A stretch of 64,000 nucleotides of DNA from Eledone cirrhosa (taxonomy: Eukaryota). This document shows positions 54,929-64,000 of this stretch, piece after piece; the stretch's first letter is position 1, and every line of letters starts with the position of its first letter. Below the pieces are notes generated by a model. The model was not told where the DNA came from. It did no database searches and worked only from the letters and a program-made list of their open reading frames with translations. The DNA lies in NCBI GenBank assembly GCA_964016885.1, contig OZ024745.1:52080001-52144000 (forward strand), read 5' to 3'. The position numbers and the translations under genes are program-made.

Positions 54929-55245
54929 ATAAAAACAATGAAATGAAAACAAAGAACAGGTTCCTTATATTGAAAAATTCATCATTTTACGATCGTTTCT
55001 GGGATATATATGTGTATTGGTATGTATGTAATATTAAAGATATATGTAAAGAAATATTATGAATTATCAGATGGGATATACATGCATTCACATATACATG
55101 CCATCTTCAGAAACGATCATTACATAGATCTTTAATATGATATACATACCAATACACATATATATCCCAGAAACGATTGTAAAATGATGATTTTTTTTTC
55201 AATATAAGGAACCTGTTCTTTGTTTTTATTTCATTGTTTTTATTA
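54925..55245. repeat. ~110-bp-arm inverted repeat (fold-back)
   Basis: 54925-55040 is the reverse complement of ~55128-55245, with a further internal hairpin. Confidence 0.85.
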
Positions 55246-55703
55246 ATTTATCTTGACTCTGTTTTCCTATATTCTTTATCGTTGATTTTGAATGCATTTT
55301 CTCAATTTATGATATCTTCTATATTTGGATTACATTGAGTCTTCATACGGATTGGACACTACCGTTTATTTTGGTAGATTTACCTATATATATATAGATA
55401 TTTCAGAGCACCAATTCTAATTTTCAATTTCTGCTTGACCAGCAACCGCTCTATGTAATCAGTTCCTGATTATTTACTAGAATGTTATAAGAACCAAACA
55501 TCCATGATTTCAGCAAACAGGAGGAGTAGTTGGCTTTGATAAGCATCAATAAATGTGAAACAGGACCCTGTCCGCTTTATCTCCCCTGTTTGCTGAAAAT
55601 TAAAGTAAGTTAGTCTGTCACTATACTCTAAAACAATAGCATAAGGTCTTCGAAATGCTTTTATTTGAGCATACAGTGTATTACAAAATACACTATATAT
55701 ACA

Positions 55704-56520
<817 letters not shown>

Positions 56521-56597
56521 ATATATTTAAAGGTTAAACAAGTTTCAATGAATAAATCAATGAACGAGTTTTACAATAGATTGGAAGCACTCAACTT

Positions 56598-56852
56598 CTT
56601 GTGATGAATTATATTTTATTATACATATTTCAGAGGTACTGAGCTAACTTCAACAGTACGTCCTCATTAGGAAAACAAGATGATGCATGACATTCCCTGA
56701 CATAGTAGGTGACCCATGACTGGATCTTAACCATCTACTATGTCAGGGAATGTCATGCATCATCTTGTTTTATCTGATGAGGACGTACTGTTGAAGTTAG
56801 CTCAGTACCTCTGAAATCTGTATAATAAAATATACTTGATCTCAAGAAGTTC
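56598..56852. mobile_element. fold-back HHR element; intact HHR at 56768-56830(+)
   Basis: Arms at ~56598-56710 and ~56731-56852. HHR: TTTTAT-CTGATGA-GGACGTACTG..CAGTACCTCT-GAAA-TCTGTATA-ATAAAA. Confidence 0.8.
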
Positions 56853-57004
56853 TATTTTTGTTAATATTTTGAATTATATATATATATATACCTTTCACCG
56901 TATTTTTGAGTAAAAGAATTTTAACCTGATAATGGGGTTTAGAACACTCAGATAAATGGGAAAAATCTGCTCAGTTTCAAAACATACTTACTTGATATAT
57001 ATAT

Positions 57005-57540
57005 ATATATTAAAATAACAGATTAAAGTTTTAGCAAAGATATAGCTGCTTTCACCCTTCACGGGTTCTTCTGAAATTAAAATTAAAAAAATCAATCTGT
57101 GAACGCAGATGTAAATATTTAGAAAAACATTGCGACGAAAGGAAAACAGGAAGACGATACTTTGGTTCGTGAAGATGTTCCCTGGCATAAGAATATATAT
57201 ATATATAGACACACCCTATATATACATATATAAACACACAATACTGATCGCGTCATAATGATGTAATGCAGACAGTCAGGCATACATACAGATAATATAA
57301 GGGCGCGACGTCATATCTATGACTATCTAAAAGGAGAGAGAGAAAGAGATCGCTAAATCGCCTAATTGGGTCCCTAGGGCGTTGAAAATTAGAATTTTTT
57401 TGTTTTTGCTCAGAACACTCAATAGGACCATAAGTTTTACATGTGTGAAGTTTGAAAACAATTGGTTGGATGGTTCTCGAGTTTTAGTGATTGGTCAGAC
57501 AGAAGACAGACAAACAGACAATCCCTGTTTTAGTAATATG
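57005..57540 (-). mobile_element. non-autonomous Helitron family A
   Basis: Reverse complement of 17493-18235 without the RTE insert. Confidence 0.8.
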
Positions 57541-58118
57541 AATAAGTGATCAAAAGTATGTACGAATACTATTAGTATATTGGTTTTATGTATGTTATTT
57601 TATTATCAAAGACCTCCCACAATACGTTTTTGTTTGTACATAGGGACTGATACCCTAATCCCCCATCTAAATAAATTTTCGAATTTACATATATACCATA
57701 GATAAAATGTTGCTTCTTGTATATGTATTCGCGTAGCAGATCTAGTATTCAACTATTAAAATACATGGAAGATGTAAAATTCATTTTTAATTTATTTTAT
57801 AATAAATTGAATTCGATATCTGGATAATAAAACAATATTTGTAAAAATTGAACATTAGATAATAGTGGCAGATACAACATTTTATGTATTTCTGTGCCTA
57901 TCATTATTTTTCTTTTTGTTTATTTTTTCCATTTCTTCCATTTTACATTTAATGAACAATATGTACACTATCTAAATGATATATTAATGAAATTTTAAAG
58001 TTCAGATGAATTTTTTTCCCCTTCAAATCAATGAAACGCATTTCAATGATTCACCCATATCGACATATGTATGACCACTTGTGTAGCTGCGTTCTTGTTC
58101 TCGATATTTTCTCTCTTT

Positions 58119-58184
<66 letters not shown>

Positions 58185-58237
58185 ATAGAAACACAGCACA
58201 TACATGTATGTGTATATGTTATATGTAGTAATATACA

Positions 58238-58316
<79 letters not shown>

Positions 58317-58365
58317 ATATAACTATATACGTGTCTCTATATATATATATATATATTAATTACAA

Positions 58366-58431
<66 letters not shown>

Positions 58432-58771
58432 CAATTTACTTTGTAAATTATATTTGAGAATATTTCCTTTGATTTGAATGAATAATATTGATTGTAGTTT
58501 ACAAATTTTGTAATTGAGTTCATTGTTTGCTTCCTTGCATTACTACATAAAACAAAAATCATTATTTCATTTTAATTCCATATTATGCAAACACTTTTTC
58601 GGCTTGAAGCAGAGTGAATGTACGCATAATCGTCGAATTTCAGTACTTTTTTTCTTTTTAAAATTAAAAGTCAAAATTCCCCCTCCGTATGCGTAGCTAG
58701 GAACGTATGTTACACACTCAACCACCCCATCCATACACACATACGCCGCAGGCACATGCACAAGCAGTCAG

Positions 58772-58859
<88 letters not shown>

Positions 58860-59018
58860 TTATTAAAATAACAGATTAAAGTTTAAGCAAAGAATTGCTT
58901 CTTTCACCCTTAACGGGTTCTTCACAAGAAAAATATCTGTCCTTATCGAGCCCTCTTTGGATTTTAGTCTTCACATTTATTATTATTATCACTATATATA
59001 TGTATATATAAATATATA

Positions 59019-59114
<96 letters not shown>

Positions 59115-59126
59115 TATATATTCTTG

Positions 59127-60385
59127 GGCGGGTAAAAATCCCGAGATCCATGGAGGAGTTCTCTCCTGCGGTCTCTGTCCCTCATTATCGCTACCATGTC
59201 CCGCGTCTCCAACAGGCCAGTGTCTGTCCTTAGGGCATCAACATACGTTAACTTTGGTCTTCCTCTTCCAGTGTGTCCATGTAGGGGCTCCCACAGGAGC
59301 ACCGAGTGCAATGTCAATTCTGGATATCGGTGAGCATGTCTAGCTAACCTCAGTCTCCTCTGTGTCACTTTTGAGCTGACTTTTATTGCACTTCCTCTCA
59401 ACCACATCATCTTCCGTATTCACAATCTTTGCTCCCAAATACAGGAAGTCCGCAACCAATTCTAGCGGCTTCCCGCCTACATTAGTGATCCCTCTGGCTT
59501 CTCAACATTCTCTACCAGATATTTTGTTTTAGTCTCATTCATTCTCAGCCCCACACTCATCGACACAGTCTCAATCTTCTGCATCAAATCCTCTGCCTCC
59601 TTCACTGTATTTGTCACCAAATCTATACCGTCGGCAACTTCAGCATCTGATATCCTTTTCGCCTTAACTCTCCTGTGTTCAGCCGGTACTACAGTAAAGC
59701 CAGAGTCCTGGTGTTTCTCCAGTGCAAGGCGCATACGATAGTCCACTACGATGATAAAAAGGTAGGGAGCCAATGTATCTCGCTGGAGCATTCCAGCCAG
59801 TATCTCAAAGACCTCTGTCATCCCATCAGGTGTAATGACTTGGGTTTGGTGTTGGGTTTGATATCAGGTCCATTATCTTCTTGGGGATTCCATAAGACTG
59901 TAAGATCTTCATCAGGCATTGACGGTCCACAGAATCAAAGGCCTTCCTAAAGTCAATGAAAACCATGACCGCAGGAAGGCACTTTGCTCTAGCTCCCTCT
60001 AATATCCTCCTCAGCATCAGGATATCACTGGTGGTTTATCTTCCCTCTCTGGTTCAGTGCTCTGTGTGGAGAGAGAGACGAGAGATAGATTAGATGGACT
60101 GATGAGAGTGTGACGCGGAGGTACGGGCACTTCACCAATGCAGTGGTGGAAGCAAGTGAGACCCTGGTGCCGAGGAGAAAGAACAAAAGGAAGCACGTCA
60201 GCGCTGCAGACCCAAAAGTGTGTGCAGCCAGACAACACTTAAAGCTGCCAAGGACCAATTCTATGCTGATCCTACGGAAGAGAGGATGGAGACTGTAGAG
60301 TTGATGAGGGAAGAACTCTGTACCGCTAACACTGAGGCCAGAGAGGAGTCCCTGATAGAGAACATAAGAAGTGTGGAGAGAGCAA
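59127..60385 (-). mobile_element. RTE LINE fragment with internal deletion and inverted 5' segment
   Basis: Minus strand: FIDFRKAFDSV, GMLQRDTLAPYLF, EVADGI and [11 protein letters not shown]. 60025-60385 reads on the plus strand as an EN-RT linker-like sequence. Confidence 0.85.
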
Positions 60386-60444
60386 TTCATATATATATAT
60401 ATAGAGAGAGAAGAAATTAAATGATGGTTAAAATAGTTCCATAT

Positions 60445-60512
60445 ATTTTATTATACGCATTTCAAAAACAAATATCATCCTGGGACGATATTGCGTTTTC
60501 ATCAGATAAAAT
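60445..60512 (-). ncRNA. hammerhead ribozyme
   Basis: TATTTTAT-CTGATGA-AAACGCAATATCGTCC ca GGATGATATTTGTTTTT-GAAA-TGCGTA-TA-ATAAAATA. Confidence 0.8.
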
Positions 60513-60579
60513 AAGGAAACTTTATATGATGCCTAACGTCACCTGTGAACAAGAAGGTGTCCAGTCAACATATATATAT

Positions 60580-60696
60580 ATTAAAATAACAGATTAAAGT
60601 TTAAGCAAATAATCGCTGCTTTCACTCTTAATGGGATCTTCTGAAACTAACCTTATCGAGCCCTCTTTGGATTTTAATCTTCAAATTTATTATTAT

Positions 60697-60757
<61 letters not shown>

Positions 60758-61290
60758 TATGTTTACGTACATACATATATGTATACAGACGTACAGTTTT
60801 ATGTATATACATACATACATGCACACACATATATATGTACGTATGGGTTTACCGAACATTTATTATAATTCTCGGTTTGTTTGTAAACAAACAGTTCGAA
60901 TTATTAGCCGTACAGTGTTCGGCAAACATCGTTGCCATTTTGTTCAATACTGACAAAGAAACGATGAACTAGCTTCTAGCTTATTAGCTGTCATATACTT
61001 TCCTTATGCATATTAACGGCTGAGTAGCCTAATTTGCATATCGAGTGAGTTAGTCGGCCGGGCGTACCGAAAACGATGAATGGAATAAATGAAATTTCAT
61101 TTCTCACTCTTAGTACGGCTATACTTACATATTTATAAGTATGTTTACGTGCATACATATATGTATACAGACGTACAGTAGTATGTATATACATACGTAC
61201 AGTAGTATGTATATACATACGTACATGCACTCAGATATATATGTACGTATGGGTTTACCGAACATTTATTATAATGCGCGGGTTGTTTAC
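60580..61290. repeat. Helitron-associated repeat with partial tandem; homologous to 35660-36050
   Basis: GTACGTATGGGTTTACCGAACATTTATTATAAT occurs at ~35787, ~60837 and ~61243. Confidence 0.7.
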
Positions 61291-61689
61291 AATACCCAAC
61301 AGAAGGAATGGATGTTAAAGAAAAGAATGGCGATCTATTATATGAAAAAACAATAACGACAATCCGCTAAAATGTAAATGAAAGCTCTAAAAATATTTCG
61401 AATTCTTTTCATGACATATTTAGAAGTACAAATATACGAACACTCAATATTATTGTTCGTGAACAACTTTCACAATGTCTTATTGAACAAGAAGTAGATG
61501 GGTTGACCTCGGGTGTATCTCCTTCCTAATCTCCTTCCTACAAACTAAGATAGAGGAAACCCCACACATACTTAGGTAGATATAGAATTTTTTTCTTTGT
61601 TAGTTACTTCCTCTAATTACACTTAGGCGGATCTTTGCATATCTACACTATTATAATCAGATCCTAACCTTCCTTATATATATGTATAT

Positions 61690-61811
<122 letters not shown>

Positions 61812-61813
61812 TA

Positions 61814-61895
<82 letters not shown>

Positions 61896-61924
61896 GGAGA
61901 TATATATATATATATATATATATA

Positions 61925-62148
61925 GGGCCCTAGGAGATTAAAAAAAGTTGAATTTTGTTTATGTGCACAACACTCCCTGAAACATAAGTAATACACATGT
62001 AAAGTTTGAAAAAATTCGGTTGTGTATTTCTCCGGTTTTAGGGATTCAAACTCAGACACACACACACACACGCACACACACACACACACACACATACACA
62101 CACACGCGCGCGCGCGCGCGCACGCACACGCACGCACACACACACACA

Positions 62149-62184
<36 letters not shown>

Positions 62185-62999
62185 TCCTCAGGGAAGTAAC
62201 GTAATGCAGACATCAAAAGATATATTATAAGGGCGCGACGTTATATCTATGTATCTATCTAAAAGGAGAAAGACTAAGAATTATAGAGCGAGATCGCTAA
62301 ATTGCCTAATGCGGTCCCTAGGGCATTGCAAATTTGAATTTTTTCTTTTACTCAGAACACTCCCTGATACATAAGTATTACATGTGTAAAGTTTGAAAAC
62401 AGTCGGTTTGGTGCTTCTCTACAATACTAAGCGGTAAAATAGTAACTGTTGTTCCCGTAAAGGCACGTAAGTAAACAAACTGAAGCTATTACAGCGATGT
62501 TTTTCTTTACCAGCTTTAACTTTTAGTGTTGTGTGAAATATATAACCTACAAACCTGATTTTTGAATCGGAGCAGGATCGACTTTATTTCACTCGCTCCA
62601 CTAAAAGTTGGATTTGCTTTACTCACGGTATGAAGAAGAGACTGACTAATACATAGTTACCGGCTTTCATTTTTAGTGTTGTGTGAAATATACAACCTCC
62701 TTAGCTAAGCTTAGTATTGCTGACGTAATGCAGACAGTCAGACATACAGACAGATAATATAAGGGCGCGCGTTATATGTATGTATCAATCTAAAAAGAGA
62801 AAGACAGAATTATAGAGCGAGATCGCTAAATCGCCTAATGCGGTCCCTATGGCATTGGAAATTTGAAATCTCTTTCGCTCAGAACACTCCCTGAAACATA
62901 AGTATTACATGTGTAAAATTTGAACAGTCGGTTGGGTGGTTCTCGAGTTTTAGGGATTCGAACTCACAGACGGACATCCTCAGTTTTATATATATAGAT
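61925..62999 (-). mobile_element. cluster of tandem or nested non-autonomous Helitron family A segments
   Basis: Three overlapping repeats of the family 5' module, with a TC start at ~62999. Confidence 0.8.
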
Positions 63000-64000
63000 A
63001 AGGAAGCTTAGGGACTGATTATAATAGTGAAGATATGCAAAGATCCACCTAGGTGTAATGGATTTATAAATATCTCGTACTGCAAAACCACTAATTTGAT
63101 TTGCGCATCTTCATTGACTTACATGTACATATCCATTTTTCGCCTTTAAAACGTACCAGCACGATACTCTATAACTTACATTCTTAGATTTTGATGCATA
63201 TTGCTTACTGCGTGTTTATATATTTATTGTTTTCAAATCTTTAAAATATACAAGTGTATATTTCTTCACACTTCTTTTTACGTGACTTTTATGTATTAAC
63301 ATTTTAATAGCAAAGTTCTAGTCAATGTTTGTAGATTCATCTGCACATGTTGACCTCTTATGTAAGATTAGTATATAACAATTTAATCATCTAAATTTTA
63401 GAACATGTGATCATGTCAACTGCAACCGTGTACCTTGTGCCAGCGCCCCACTTTCATCTTATTTCAATATTCAATTTTTTTTTAATATGCAAAAGTTCAT
63501 GAATAATAAATTTCTTACTTTTTTTTCTACTCATTTTGAGATGTGTAGGAGCAAAATGTCATTTACATGTCCCGTACAACAATTGAAAAAAAGAATACAA
63601 AGGAATAAGAAAAATGAATCTGCTATCCAACACCATAAGAAGTACAAGGCAAAATAAAGATACAAGCTGTATATAATTCAAATCTAACGTACATCTAAAA
63701 ATAGAAATATACACTGGAAGGAATTTTCCGTAAATAAAATGAGCGCCGATACAATTTGGTGCTAAATAAAACTAAAAAAAAATGTAGGTAGTGCCATGAA
63801 AGAAGTATGAAGTAACGAGGTAAGGGGAAAGAAGGAAAAGAAAATATATGAAGTCTAGAGATAGAAAAACAAAAGGAAATTGAAGTGAAGAACAAAAACG
63901 GGGGAACAGTAAAGAGAACACAAAGATAATGAGGAATATGAGGAAAAGGCGAAAGCGTATTGTAAATAATATTCTAAAAACATTGAGGGGACGGGCAGGA

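Overview
AT-rich, microsatellite-dense eukaryotic DNA. A cephalopod or other mollusc origin is inferred from the repeat repertoire and is not proven. No intact host protein-coding gene is recognisable, and most ORF-track entries are (TA)n, (CA)n or (GA)n artefacts. The window holds an L1/Tx1-like ORF1, a near-full-length decayed RTE LINE with three C-terminal C2H2 fingers, and several RTE fragments, one with an inverted segment. It also holds at least three coding Penelope-like (RT plus GIY-YIG) lineages, a PIF1-helicase Helitron remnant with many non-autonomous Helitrons, and two tRNA-derived SINE families. The most striking feature, read by eye, is about 20 hammerhead-ribozyme (HHR) motifs from about 10 sequence families. 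Some lie in Penelope pseudo-LTRs. Others lie in short non-coding ~440-520 bp units that occur as partial tandems, circular permutations or fold-backs next to (TA)n tracts, which resembles a Penelope-mobilised, retrozyme-like system. A repeat-free island at ~40.1-45 kb carries a candidate minus-strand promoter.
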